DNA of 64,000 nt from Candidatus Kryptoniota bacterium. Its GTDB lineage: Bacteria; Bacteroidota; Ignavibacteria; Kryptoniales; JAKASW01. The translations under genes were made by a program, and so were the position numbers. The stretch spans positions 22,510 through 86,509 of the forward strand of contig DATCTN010000010.1 of NCBI GenBank assembly GCA_036567965.1, read 5' to 3'. Position 1 is the stretch's first letter; each line of letters starts with the position of its first letter. The notes below the pieces were generated by a model. The model was not told where the DNA came from. It saw nothing but the letters and a program-made list of their open reading frames with translations, and ran no database searches. This document shows, piece by piece, positions 48,038 to 56,401 of this stretch.

Positions 48038-49753
48038 TTATATTCCTAACTTTTTCATCTTTCGCCAAAGTGTCGAAGGATGCATGCCGAGTTCAGCGGC
48101 CGCTTTCACTCTGCTCCCGCCATGCTTGTTCAGGGTGCTTACGATTACGGAAGCCTCTGCCTCTTTGATAGACGAGGGATTTGTGAAGTGTACTCCTCGA
48201 TCTGCCTTCTTGATTCGTTCAGGCAGACACTCTGATCCGATAACGTCCTTTCCGCAAAGCACAAATGAATGCTCGATCACGTTCTCCAGTTCCCTCACGT
48301 TTCCAGGCCAGTCATATTTGCTGAGTACATCGTAAGCATCTGGGGAAAAGCGAACGACTTTCCTTGAGAATCTCTCGTTAAAATGAGTTATAAAGTGGGT
48401 TACTAACAGAGGGAGATCGTCCATCCTTTCTCTGAGCGGAGGGAGATGAACGTTTACGACATTAATTCTGTAGAAAAGATCCTTTCTGAATTTGCCGAGC
48501 TCTATTTGATCTTGCAGCGACTTGTTCGTAGCTGCGATGATTCTCGCGTTCATCTTTATGGTCCTATTGCCCCCGACCCGCTCAAACTGGCGAGTCTCGA
48601 GCACGCGCAAGAGTTTTGTTTGCACAGGCAGTGAGATGTCTCCGATTTCGTCCAGGAAAAGTGTGCCATCTTGCGCGAGCTCGAATTTTCCGATCTTTGT
48701 CTTGATCGCACCAGTGAATGCACCCTTCTCATGTCCGAACAATTCGCTTTCGATGAGCGATTCCGCGAATGCGCTGCAGTTCAGTGCGCCGAACGGCCCG
48801 TTGTGTCTTGCGCTATTGAGATGGATTGCCCTGGCAACAAGCTCCTTCCCTGTACCACTCTCGCCCGTGATCAGTACAGTTGAGTCCGTTTGGGAAACGC
48901 TGTCCAATAGCGTGAAGACCCGTCCCAACTCTTTGTTCTTGCCAATGATGTTCTCATATCTGAACTTCTCTTTCAAATGGTCCGAGAGATTCTTGATCTC
49001 GGAAATGTCGATGAAGGTCTCTACCGCACCGATTCTCTCTTGCTTGTTGTTCAGAAGGATCGCGGAGTTTACCCTTATTGGTACAGGCATCCCATCCTTA
49101 TTCGTTATTTCGAGCTCATTTCCTATCGTCGGCTTTCCTTTCATTATCGTCTGTTCCATGTGGCATCCGTTTCGACACAGAGGTGACTTAAATATCTCCC
49201 AGCATTTCCTTCCGACAGCTTCCCCTTTTCTATAGCCCGTTATCTTCTCGGCGGAATTATTGAACGAAGTCACGTTCCAGTCATTATCTATCGTAAATGT
49301 CCCTTCGATATTGCTGTTGAATATTGCGTCGAGTCTGTTTCTCTGGTCGATGAGTTCCAGTGTTTTGGTTTCGAGGTCTTCATGCAGCCTAAGCATCTCC
49401 TTCGTATCGCGGAAAACAAAAACAACACTGGTAACTTCTTCCGATTTCCCAATCGGAGTGATCGATGCCAGCACATTCTTGATCTGCCCGTTCTTGTCGA
49501 TGATATTGATCGACAGGTTGGACAGTCCTGTACCATCCGAGAGAGAATGGGAAACGTGTTCCACTTCCTGCTCGCTGCCTCGGAAAAGAATGTCGTAATG
49601 TTTGCCCACGATTTCGTCTTCACCATACCCCGTGATCCTCGAAGCTGCCTCGTTGAACACCATTATCTTGCAGTCCCGCCCGATGATGACTATCCCATCG
49701 GGGATGACCATGTTCTCCCTGCTCTCGTCGATGATGTTGATGACTTCTTTCAT
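48038..49753 (-). CDS. Sigma-54-dependent transcriptional activator (PAS-PAS-AAA+-Fis HTH)
   Basis: 571 aa. Two PAS modules. Walker A is GESGTGKE. The sigma-54 contact loop is ESELFGHEKGAFTGA. C-terminal HTH is AAAELGMHPSTLWRKMKKLGI. Confidence 0.93.
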   Translation of the reverse strand: MKEVINIIDESRENMVIPDGIVIIGRDCKIMVFNEAASRITGYGEDEIVGKHYDILFRGSEQEVEHVSHSLSDGTGLSNLSINIIDKNGQIKNVLASITPIGKSEEVTSVVFVFRDTKEMLRLHEDLETKTLELIDQRNRLDAIFNSNIEGTFTIDNDWNVTSFNNSAEKITGYRKGEAVGRKCWEIFKSPLCRNGCHMEQTIMKGKPTIGNELEITNKDGMPVPIRVNSAILLNNKQERIGAVETFIDISEIKNLSDHLKEKFRYENIIGKNKELGRVFTLLDSVSQTDSTVLITGESGTGKELVARAIHLNSARHNGPFGALNCSAFAESLIESELFGHEKGAFTGAIKTKIGKFELAQDGTLFLDEIGDISLPVQTKLLRVLETRQFERVGGNRTIKMNARIIAATNKSLQDQIELGKFRKDLFYRINVVNVHLPPLRERMDDLPLLVTHFITHFNERFSRKVVRFSPDAYDVLSKYDWPGNVRELENVIEHSFVLCGKDVIGSECLPERIKKADRGVHFTNPSSIKEAEASVIVSTLNKHGGSRVKAAAELGMHPSTLWRKMKKLGI

Positions 49754-49815
49754 ATTAGTTCCCCCTGCATCTCGTTTATGTTTGCTTGCCGCTGCTCAGG
49801 TTGACATTTCAATGT

Positions 49816-49853
49816 AATTGCAGTTGCGCAATCATTGCAATGGCCATTGCAAT
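49816..49853. promoter_or_regulatory. Cluster of TTGCAAT-type palindromes (candidate enhancer/UAS for the adjacent sigma-54 activator)
   Basis: ATTGCAATGGCCATTGCAAT is a perfect 20-bp palindrome (49834-49853). It is preceded by TTGCGCAA (49824-49831) and aATTGCAg. The cluster lies in the divergent intergenic region, 60-100 bp upstream of the -24/-12-like sequences. Confidence 0.55.
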
Positions 49854-49909
49854 ACCGCAAAGTATGTAAGCTTGTATCGCTTATTCCAAACGAAAAGCAA
49901 GGAAAATCG

Positions 49910-49936
49910 CGGCATGAGGATTGGCTTTATATCGCC
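49910..49936 (+). promoter_or_regulatory. Weak or ambiguous sigma-54 promoter-like sequences upstream of the NifX-like gene
   Basis: cGGCATGaggaTTGGc has correct GG-to-G spacing but GG instead of GC at -12. The overlapping TTGGCtttatatCGCc has its GC one nt too close. Neither is a clean match. Confidence 0.25.
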
Positions 49937-49959
49937 GTAAATAACAAAAGGAAGTGAAA

Positions 49960-50334
49960 ATGAATCGAAGATTAGCGGTGGCAATTGAAGAATCGAGCTC
50001 CGAAGAGCGGGTAGCTCAGCACTTCGGACATTGCGCCAAGTTCAATATCTGTGAGCTGGACTCAGAGAACAAAATTGTGAAGCAGGAATCCTATTTCAAT
50101 CCTTTGAACGGCGAGCATGGCGGTGCGTGCCAGCTCCCTGCTTATGTCAAGCAATTCAACGTCGACACGATCATCGCAGGGGGAATGGGGCGCAAAGCTG
50201 TCATGGGCTTTCAGCAAGCAGGCATCGAAGTCATTACGGCGCCCGGACTTCTCTTCAGTGAGGCGTTGAAACTATTCACCGAAGGCAAGTTGAGCGGCTA
50301 CGAGGAATGCGCAGGCCATGAGCATCATTCCTAA
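49960..50334 (+). CDS. NifB/NifX-family (dinitrogenase FeMo-cofactor-binding-like) small protein
   Basis: MNRRLAVAIEE...VAQHFGHCAKFNICELD...VDTIIAGGMGRKA...AGIEV is the typical PF02579-like pattern (from memory). ATG 49960 is preferred over GTG 49954. Confidence 0.8.
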   Translation: MNRRLAVAIEESSSEERVAQHFGHCAKFNICELDSENKIVKQESYFNPLNGEHGGACQLPAYVKQFNVDTIIAGGMGRKAVMGFQQAGIEVITAPGLLFSEALKLFTEGKLSGYEECAGHEHHS

Positions 50335-50356
50335 AAGTCAAGTAGAGTGACAGACC

Positions 50357-50947
50357 ATGATAATGCCAATATATCTCTATGGGACGAGGGTCTGGGATGG
50401 TACAGTTCGTAAGATCGATACGTTCGATGAAAAACTCGTTGGTATAATTCGGAATATGTTCGAGACATTACGAAGCGCGGACGGCGTCGGCCTGTCCGCA
50501 ACGCAGGTCGGGTTTCGGATATCTCTCTTCGTGATGGACATCTCGGAGATGGAAGGATATGCAGACGAACAACCGCTTGTCGTCATCAATCCAGAGATTC
50601 TTTCGTCGAGCGAAGAAACCAAGACGCTGGAGGAAGGATGTCTGAGTGTTCCGGGAATTTGTCTGGAGGTCACTCGCCCCGAATCCATCATTGTTCGATT
50701 TACTGATGGCAATTTTCAAACTGTCGAATGTGAATACAGTGTGGCCCTGGCCCGCGTGTTCCAGCATGAGTTTGATCACCTGCATCAGAAGTTCATCACA
50801 GATCGAGTATCAGCACTCAAGCGTCATATTCTCAAACCGAACCTGTCCAAAATCAAGCGAGGAGAGATTATTACGCGCTATCCAGTTATATCTCCGCCCG
50901 ATGAAAAAGTCATGAGACGTCCCGAAGTTTTCGATTATGCGAAATGA
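50357..50947 (+). CDS. def: Peptide deformylase (with a C-terminal extension)
   Basis: 196 aa. The three Def motifs are GVGLSATQVG, EGCLSVPG and QHEFDHL. Confidence 0.9.
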   Translation: MIMPIYLYGTRVWDGTVRKIDTFDEKLVGIIRNMFETLRSADGVGLSATQVGFRISLFVMDISEMEGYADEQPLVVINPEILSSSEETKTLEEGCLSVPGICLEVTRPESIIVRFTDGNFQTVECEYSVALARVFQHEFDHLHQKFITDRVSALKRHILKPNLSKIKRGEIITRYPVISPPDEKVMRRPEVFDYAK

Positions 50948-51030
50948 AAGGAATTGGCTACGCGTTAAAAATTATCACTGCACGATTGTACAAAGCTGTT
51001 GTTAACAAACTCAAACAAAAGGAGATATAA

Positions 51031-51285
51031 ATGTTTGGATATTATAACGACTTCGGTTACGGAAGAGGAATGGGTCATGGCTTTGGACACAGACACTGCC
51101 ATGGCGACGTCTTTGGTCCTAACTACGGAATGGGAAGAGGCTTTGGTCGATTTGGAGGAGCTTTCTTTGGCGAAAGCGATGTCGATGTGCTGAAGCGCTA
51201 TCGAGACCGTCTGGAACTTCATAAGAAATACATCGAAGCTGAACTCAAATACGTGGACGAGAGAATAACGTCGTTCGAAAAGTGA
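51031..51285 (+). CDS. DUF5320-like Gly/aromatic-rich protein with a C-terminal coiled coil
   Basis: 84 aa. GYGRGMGHGFGHRHCHG...GMGRGFGRFGG is followed by LKRYRDRLELHKKYIEAELKYVDERI. Strong SD (AAAGGAG). Family name is from memory. Confidence 0.65.
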   Translation: MFGYYNDFGYGRGMGHGFGHRHCHGDVFGPNYGMGRGFGRFGGAFFGESDVDVLKRYRDRLELHKKYIEAELKYVDERITSFEK

Positions 51286-51347
51286 TAAACATCGTGGCCG
51301 TGGTCTATGCACCACGACCACATCAAACTTGCTGAGGAGCTACAAAT

Positions 51348-51536
51348 ATGAGCAAAGGTCATGGCGGTGGCATGGGCGCAGGCGGATATTGTGTCTGCCT
51401 GAAGTGCGGGTACAAAAAACCTCACGAGCGAGGAGCGCCGTGTATGGAAGAGAGATGCCCTAACTGCGGGAAAGCCCTCATGCGTGAGGGATCTGAACAC
51501 TACAATCTGGCATTAGCAAAGAAAGAGAAGAAGTAG
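51348..51536 (+). CDS. Small 4-Cys zinc-ribbon-like protein
   Basis: 62 aa. G-rich N-terminus, then C.C.KCG...(14)...CPNCG. SD is GAGGAG. It is recalled as co-occurring with DUF5320/NifX-like genes. Confidence 0.6.
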   Translation: MSKGHGGGMGAGGYCVCLKCGYKKPHERGAPCMEERCPNCGKALMREGSEHYNLALAKKEKK

Positions 51537-51540
51537 GCTC

Positions 51541-52086
51541 ATGTTCGTGCTATCGAGAATATTTTTTACAAAAGGGGTCGGAAAACACAAGGATTATCTA
51601 AGTTCATTTGAGCTTGCCCTTAGAGATGCGGGTATCGAGAAGTGCAACCTTATCTCAGTCAGCAGCATTTTCCCTCCGTGCTGTAAAAAAATCAGTTTGG
51701 CTGAAGGGCTGAAGGAAATACAAAGCGGGCAGATCACCTTCACCGTGATGGCGCGGAGCGCTACCAACGAGCCGAACCGCCTTGTCGCCGCATCCATAGG
51801 AGCTGCGATTCCAGCCGAATCGAATCAATACGGTTACCTTTCTGAACACCATGCTTTCGGCGTCAACGAAAAATCGGCAGGCGATTACGCAGAGGATCTC
51901 GCCGCGCAAATGCTCGCGACCACTCTCGGAGTGGAATTTGATCCGAACACAGACTGGAACGAGCGTGAGCAGGTGTTCAGGATGTCTGAGAAAATAGTCC
52001 GCACGTTCAACCTAACTCAGACAGCTGAGGGAGACAAAAACGGGTTATGGACGACAGTTGTGGCAGCTGCCATTCTATTGCCATGA
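51541..52086 (+). CDS. pdaD: Pyruvoyl-dependent arginine decarboxylase
   Basis: 181 aa. [39 protein letters not shown] matches the PdaD N-terminus, including the self-cleaving SS site. Confidence 0.85.
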   Translation: MFVLSRIFFTKGVGKHKDYLSSFELALRDAGIEKCNLISVSSIFPPCCKKISLAEGLKEIQSGQITFTVMARSATNEPNRLVAASIGAAIPAESNQYGYLSEHHAFGVNEKSAGDYAEDLAAQMLATTLGVEFDPNTDWNEREQVFRMSEKIVRTFNLTQTAEGDKNGLWTTVVAAAILLP

Positions 52087-52099
52087 ACCAAGGAGCACC

Positions 52100-52486
52100 A
52101 TGCCGCTGTTTAGAACCGAAATAGAGTTTGAGGTCAGCACTTACGACATCGACGCAGCACACCACGTAAACAATATAGTTTATGTCAGATGGCTCGAAGA
52201 CCTGCGATGCAAGTTATTGGCTTCCCGCTATCCAGTCGAAGAGCTATTGAAGAGAAATCTGTACCCCGTTGTTGCGCTGACCAAGATTCGTTATCGAAAC
52301 CAATTGAGGTTGGCCGACAAGCTCGAAGGGATTATTTGGGTTGAATCGATTGAGCACGGTCTGATGCGACTGAAAGCGATATTTCAAAAGGCGGATTTAG
52401 TTATTGTCACAGCCGAACAGGAATGTGTATTGATGGATTTGCAAACCGGTAAGATGGATAAGAAGGCGATGGAAATTTACTTGTGA
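52100..52486 (+). CDS. Hotdog-fold acyl-CoA thioesterase (4HBT/YbgC-like)
   Basis: The start is ATG 52100 with AAGGAG upstream. V.TYDIDAAHHVNNIVYVRWLED has the catalytic Asp context. Confidence 0.78.
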   Translation: MPLFRTEIEFEVSTYDIDAAHHVNNIVYVRWLEDLRCKLLASRYPVEELLKRNLYPVVALTKIRYRNQLRLADKLEGIIWVESIEHGLMRLKAIFQKADLVIVTAEQECVLMDLQTGKMDKKAMEIYL

Positions 52487-52495
52487 GGGGAGGGG

Positions 52496-53212
52496 ATGAA
52501 TTCTATGGAAGAAAATAAGAGTCGTTGGTACGACGGTCTTTTTTACGATTTGTTTATCGCCCCGCACCAGGACAAAGTCTTTGCACAGGTGAAAGAAATC
52601 CTGTCCAAGGACTCGACACTTCTCGATGTTGGCTGCGGTACTGGCAGGCTTGCCTCTCAAATCCTGGACAAATGTGAGAGAATTGAAATCATAGACCCTT
52701 CGGAGAAGAATATCAGTATCGCGAAGCGCAAATTTGCAGAAGTTCCTCCCGACAAACTCTTTATCCGGCATACAGATGGATTGACGTTCCTTCGGAATGG
52801 CGGAGTTCATTATGATTTTGTGGTTATGTCTTACGTGCTCCACGAAATTGCGGAAGAGGAAAGAGATGTGCTCTTATGGGGACTCTCGAGAGTTGCGGAC
52901 AAGATTATTATCGTAGATTACCTTGTCCCCGAACCGAGAAATTATTGTGCCATCCTCAATCGCCTTGTCGAATGGGCTGCGGGTTCAATCCACTATAGGA
53001 ATTTAAAATCATTCATGAAGGCTGGGGGGATCTTGGGTCTTCTGGAGAAAGTCCCATTGAACGTTCTAAGCGAGGTGAAAAACCGACCCTGCTCAAGCCA
53101 CATTGCTGTACTTGAGGGAAAAACCGGAAGAAACGGCAAATCTCAACTTCATGGTCCAGTACCCGACAGAACTGAAATAAGAGTGAAGATATACGAACCG
53201 AATCGATCGTGA
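52496..53212 (+). CDS. Class I SAM-dependent methyltransferase
   Basis: 238 aa. Motif I is LLDVGCGTGRL, followed by the downstream segment FVVMSYVLHEI. Confidence 0.75.
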   Translation: MNSMEENKSRWYDGLFYDLFIAPHQDKVFAQVKEILSKDSTLLDVGCGTGRLASQILDKCERIEIIDPSEKNISIAKRKFAEVPPDKLFIRHTDGLTFLRNGGVHYDFVVMSYVLHEIAEEERDVLLWGLSRVADKIIIVDYLVPEPRNYCAILNRLVEWAAGSIHYRNLKSFMKAGGILGLLEKVPLNVLSEVKNRPCSSHIAVLEGKTGRNGKSQLHGPVPDRTEIRVKIYEPNRS

Positions 53213-53231
53213 AAAAGATCCCAAATTATCT

Positions 53232-53247
53232 TGGCATGGTAATAGCG
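53232..53247 (+). promoter_or_regulatory. Candidate sigma-54 (-24/-12) promoter upstream of the DsrE-like gene
   Basis: TGGCATGgtaaTAGCG compared with the consensus TGGCACG-N4-TTGCW. GG (53233-34) and GC (53245-46) have the canonical 12-nt register. It lies about 70 bp upstream of ATG 53318. Confidence 0.55.
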
Positions 53248-53317
53248 CATCCGGTCGGGTTCATCACTAATGTAGTATTTAGCCACTTAACACAATTGGA
53301 CAACCCAAGGAGACTGG

Positions 53318-53670
53318 ATGAACATTCTTATACCGATTAATGATGCTCCTGTCGAACGGAAAAAGCTTACAACGCCTTCAGGCTGGCGATGGCGATTCAA
53401 AAAGATCATTCAACTGTACAGGTCAACGTATTTTTAATGGCGGATGCAGTCAGTTGTGGAATTTCGAATCAAAACACAGCGCAGGGTTATTACAACATCG
53501 AAAGGATGATCAAGGCTGTTGTTCAAAAGGGCGGGAAGATCAAAGCCTGCGGCACATGCGCTGATGCCAGAGGGGTCAAGAGCCTCCCACTCATCGAGGG
53601 AATCGAGGCAAGCAACATGGCAGAACTTGCCATGTGGACGGTCGAGGCAGACACGATCTTAACTTTTTGA
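53318..53670 (+). pseudogene. DsrE-family sulfur-relay protein interrupted by an apparent 1-nt deletion (frameshift)
   Basis: Frame 1 from ATG 53318 reads MNILIPINDAP, then nonsense until a stop at about 53437. The +2 frame reads ...TEKAYNAFRLAMAIQKDHSTVQVNVFLMADAV...YYNIERMIKAVVQKGGKIKACGTCADARGV... to 53670. Adding one nt near 53351-53356 (gtcgaacg to gtcGgaacg) restores a 117-aa DsrE-like protein. The SD is AAGGAG. Confidence 0.7.
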
Positions 53671-53806
53671 CACCTAGAGCACGCGATCTACGATTGGCTC
53701 AGTTACCTATTGCTCGCATTTTGATATTGCAATGCAGCCGCTGAGTAATTCATCACATTGAAGCCACTTAGGGCATAAATTCCTTAAGCTTCCGCAATAT
53801 TTGTCC

Positions 53807-53822
53807 AGGTACAATAGTTGCC
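53807..53822 (+). promoter_or_regulatory. Candidate sigma-54 (-24/-12) promoter upstream of the marR-tusA-hdr-like operon
   Basis: AGGTACAatagTTGCC has GG 53808-09 and GC 53820-21 in the canonical register, about 28 bp before ATG 53850. An ATTGCAAT palindrome identical to the 49.8-kb half-site sits at 53726-53733, about 80 bp upstream. Confidence 0.5.
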
Positions 53823-53849
53823 AATCCTGTCAGCGATGGAAGGACAAGG

Positions 53850-54281
53850 ATGACGAAAGACTATGCATCCGGGACAAGTATGCTCCGGTTAGCTCTTGCA
53901 TGCCGAAGGTTTCAAAAGAGACTTGCCAGCGGGACCGGCTTGTCCACAAATGAAATCATCTGCTTGTTAATCCTGCACATGCAGGAGTTGAAATCCGTAA
54001 GTGAATTAAGCTCCATTGTGGATCTCTCCTGCACCTCCACCTCCAAGATTCTTTCCAAGCTCCAGAAAAAGAGGTGCATTGAAATTGCCTTGCATTCTTC
54101 CGACAGGCGCAAGGAGCAAGTCGTACTCACCGACTTCGGACGCGGAATGTCAGAGAGGTTGTTGTCCAGTTCGAAAGACCTTGCAATGGATGTGCTTGCC
54201 AGTCTGCCTGAGAACATGAAGATGGAATTCGCGAATTGGATACAATGGCATTCGGTCGACAACAGCAGCGAATCAACTTAA
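53850..54281 (+). CDS. MarR-family winged-helix transcriptional regulator
   Basis: 143 aa. LSTNEIICLLILH...SVSELSSIVDLSCTSTSKILSKLQKKRCIE...DRRKEQVVLTDFG is the MarR wHTH pattern. Confidence 0.75.
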   Translation: MTKDYASGTSMLRLALACRRFQKRLASGTGLSTNEIICLLILHMQELKSVSELSSIVDLSCTSTSKILSKLQKKRCIEIALHSSDRRKEQVVLTDFGRGMSERLLSSSKDLAMDVLASLPENMKMEFANWIQWHSVDNSSEST

Positions 54282-54308
54282 CCAAATTTTCTATAGAGGA
54301 GAATTTGT

Positions 54309-54566
54309 ATGTCTACAACTATCGATCTTAACACGATGAAAGCCGCGAAAGTAGCGGACGCACGTGCCATGGCGTGTCCAGGTCCGCTGCTGGAAGCGAA
54401 GAAGAGTATCGGTACCGTCAAAGTGGGCGAAGTACTAGAAATATGGTCCGGAGATCCGAATACGAAGAAAGATATGCCAGCTTGGTGCCAGAAAGTCGGC
54501 CATGAATTTCTCGGAGTCATCCCAGCCGACGGTTACGACCGACTCTTCATTCGCAGGAAAAAATAA
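54309..54566 (+). CDS. tusA: TusA-family sulfurtransferase / sulfur carrier
   Basis: 85 aa. DARAMACPGPLLEAKK contains the CPxP active-site motif. The context G.VLEIWSGDP.....M.AWC...GHEF is typical. Confidence 0.88.
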   Translation: MSTTIDLNTMKAAKVADARAMACPGPLLEAKKSIGTVKVGEVLEIWSGDPNTKKDMPAWCQKVGHEFLGVIPADGYDRLFIRRKK

Positions 54567-54616
54567 CAGGTACAAGAGGGGCTGACTTATTAATGAAAGA
54601 AACTCTGTAGTTTCGA

Positions 54617-55060
54617 ATGGCTAATAGTCTACCAGGAAATAATTGCAAGATCCTATTGCTCGCAACTCTGTCCGGCGGCTATCGTGGTGCAGACTCGGCA
54701 GGGCAATCTCACATTGATTATTCGCCGAACACATTCATACTTCCAGTCCGGACTTCCGCTATTTTTCCGCCGCAGTTCTACTTGAATTCGTTGGAGCATG
54801 GCTTCGATGCGATCATTGTGATGTACAGCGGGACCGACAGCCCTTACAAAGGCGAGTCGGAGCGGACGGCGGAGATTATTAATATGACTTACGCGATAAT
54901 GAAGGAAAAAGGGATCGATACTCGCAGGTTGCGGCTGGCCGCAATTTGCACCGTCTGTGTGAAACCCTTTCTCAATGAGATTCAAAAGATGAATGCACTC
55001 CTTGATGAGATTGGACCAGTTGCACGTCCGATTCAAGTGGTGAGTCTGCAGATAAAATAA
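54617..55060 (+). CDS. MvhD/FlpD-like protein lacking the canonical cluster-binding cysteines
   Basis: 147 aa. It is colinear with the remembered MvhD pattern (KIV.F.CNWCSYAGADLAG...YP.N.RII.V.CSGR....F.L.A...GADGV.V.GCH.GDCHY..G......R......L.E.GI...R.R). Here it reads KILLLATLSGGYRGADSAG...YSPNTFILPVRTSAI...GFDAIIVMYSGTDSPYKGE...GIDTRRLRL. Confidence 0.7.
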   Translation: MANSLPGNNCKILLLATLSGGYRGADSAGQSHIDYSPNTFILPVRTSAIFPPQFYLNSLEHGFDAIIVMYSGTDSPYKGESERTAEIINMTYAIMKEKGIDTRRLRLAAICTVCVKPFLNEIQKMNALLDEIGPVARPIQVVSLQIK

Positions 55061-55063
55061 ACG

Positions 55064-56401
55064 GTGAATTTTCAAATGGCAGCAGAGAAATTTCAAGTCG
55101 ATAGTCTCATAGTCGGAGGCGGAATCGCAGGTATGCAGTCGGCACTCGATCTCGCAGACCATGGCTATAAAGTTGCACTGGTGGAAAAGAATCCGAGTGT
55201 CGGCGGAAAAATGATCGGCTTAAGCAAAGTCTTTCCGACTCTCGACTGCTGCAGCTGCATTACTACTCCCAAGATGTCGGCAGTTGCTCACCATGACAAC
55301 ATTGAACTCTTGACATACTGCGAGGTAGATTCAGTGTTTCGCAACCACGGTGCCTTCGAAGTGCGGGTAACGAAAAAACCGCGCTACGTGAAGGAGAACG
55401 ATTGCACAGGCTGCAGAGCCTGTGAGCTGGTTTGTCCGATCGAATTGCCCGACGAAGAGAACGAGTTCGGCCGCATTGGCCGGCGCGTCATTTATGTCCC
55501 ATTCGCAACTGCCGTTCCGCAAAAAGCGGTCATCGATATTGAGCATTGTGTGTTTTGCGGGAAGTGCATTCCTGTCTGCGCGCCGAACGTCATCGATTTT
55601 CACCAAGCACCTGAAGAGATAGAAATTGAAGCGAAGACAATCATACTCGCCACGGGCTATGAGGTAACTCCGCGAAGTGCCAAAAAGGAATACGGCTCGG
55701 GAAAACTCAGAAACGTAATCGATGGACTCATGATGGAACGCCTCCTAGCTCCGACGGGACCTTACGGACATGTGCTGCGTCCCTCTGATGGTAAGCAGCC
55801 TTCCTCAATCGCCTACGTGCAATGTGCCGGGTCACGGGATCAGACACTAGGCGTGCCGTATTGCTCACGCGTCTGCTGTATGTACGCAATCAAGCAAGCA
55901 ATGCTCCTTTCCGGGACGCTTCCGATGGCGGACATCACGATCTATTACATGGATATCCGTACGTTCGGAAAGGGATACGAGCAATTCTATCAGAGCGCGA
56001 AGGCTATGGGAATTGAATTTGTGAAGGGAAAGGTCGCCAGGATCTCCGAAGACTCTGACCAGAATCCCGTCGTCCGAGTAGAGATGATCGATGACAATTC
56101 GCGCGTGATCGAACGAAAGCACGACCTTGTCGTTCTTTCAGTTGGCATGCTGCCGGGTTGGAATACGGAAAAAGACTTCGGCGTCGCCACGGCCGATGAC
56201 GGTTTCGTTGAAATCCCCGATTGCAATATCGCGCCGACTGTTACCGCACAGCCCGGCATTTTCGCTGCTGGAACAGCGACTGGCCCGATGGATATCGTTG
56301 ACAGCATCATGACAGCTGGTGCCGCAGCGGCAGAAGCCGCCGGATATATCGAGGCCAACTTCTCGGAAAAGGTAATCTCGGGGACTTTTGCCCATGTCTG
56401 A
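55064..56401 (+). CDS. HdrA-like FAD/FeS oxidoreductase, short form (QmoA-like) with an inserted 2x[4Fe-4S] ferredoxin motif
   Basis: 445 aa (GTG 55064 or ATG 55076). FAD fold is VGGGIAGMQSALDLA. Cys motifs are CTGCRACELVCP and CVFCGKCIPVCAP. HdrA signature is CAGSRD...YCSRVCCMYA. Confidence 0.85.
   Translation: MNFQMAAEKFQVDSLIVGGGIAGMQSALDLADHGYKVALVEKNPSVGGKMIGLSKVFPTLDCCSCITTPKMSAVAHHDNIELLTYCEVDSVFRNHGAFEVRVTKKPRYVKENDCTGCRACELVCPIELPDEENEFGRIGRRVIYVPFATAVPQKAVIDIEHCVFCGKCIPVCAPNVIDFHQAPEEIEIEAKTIILATGYEVTPRSAKKEYGSGKLRNVIDGLMMERLLAPTGPYGHVLRPSDGKQPSSIAYVQCAGSRDQTLGVPYCSRVCCMYAIKQAMLLSGTLPMADITIYYMDIRTFGKGYEQFYQSAKAMGIEFVKGKVARISEDSDQNPVVRVEMIDDNSRVIERKHDLVVLSVGMLPGWNTEKDFGVATADDGFVEIPDCNIAPTVTAQPGIFAAGTATGPMDIVDSIMTAGAAAAEAAGYIEANFSEKVISGTFAHV

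Noticed and set aside
49901-49936. A clean sigma-54 promoter directly upstream of the NifX-like gene
   Set aside because: All four GG dinucleotides in this stretch were checked. The GC partner is either one nt out of register (49901/49912-13 and 49923/49934-35), replaced by GG (49911/49923-24), or absent (49918). It is kept only as a low-confidence feature.
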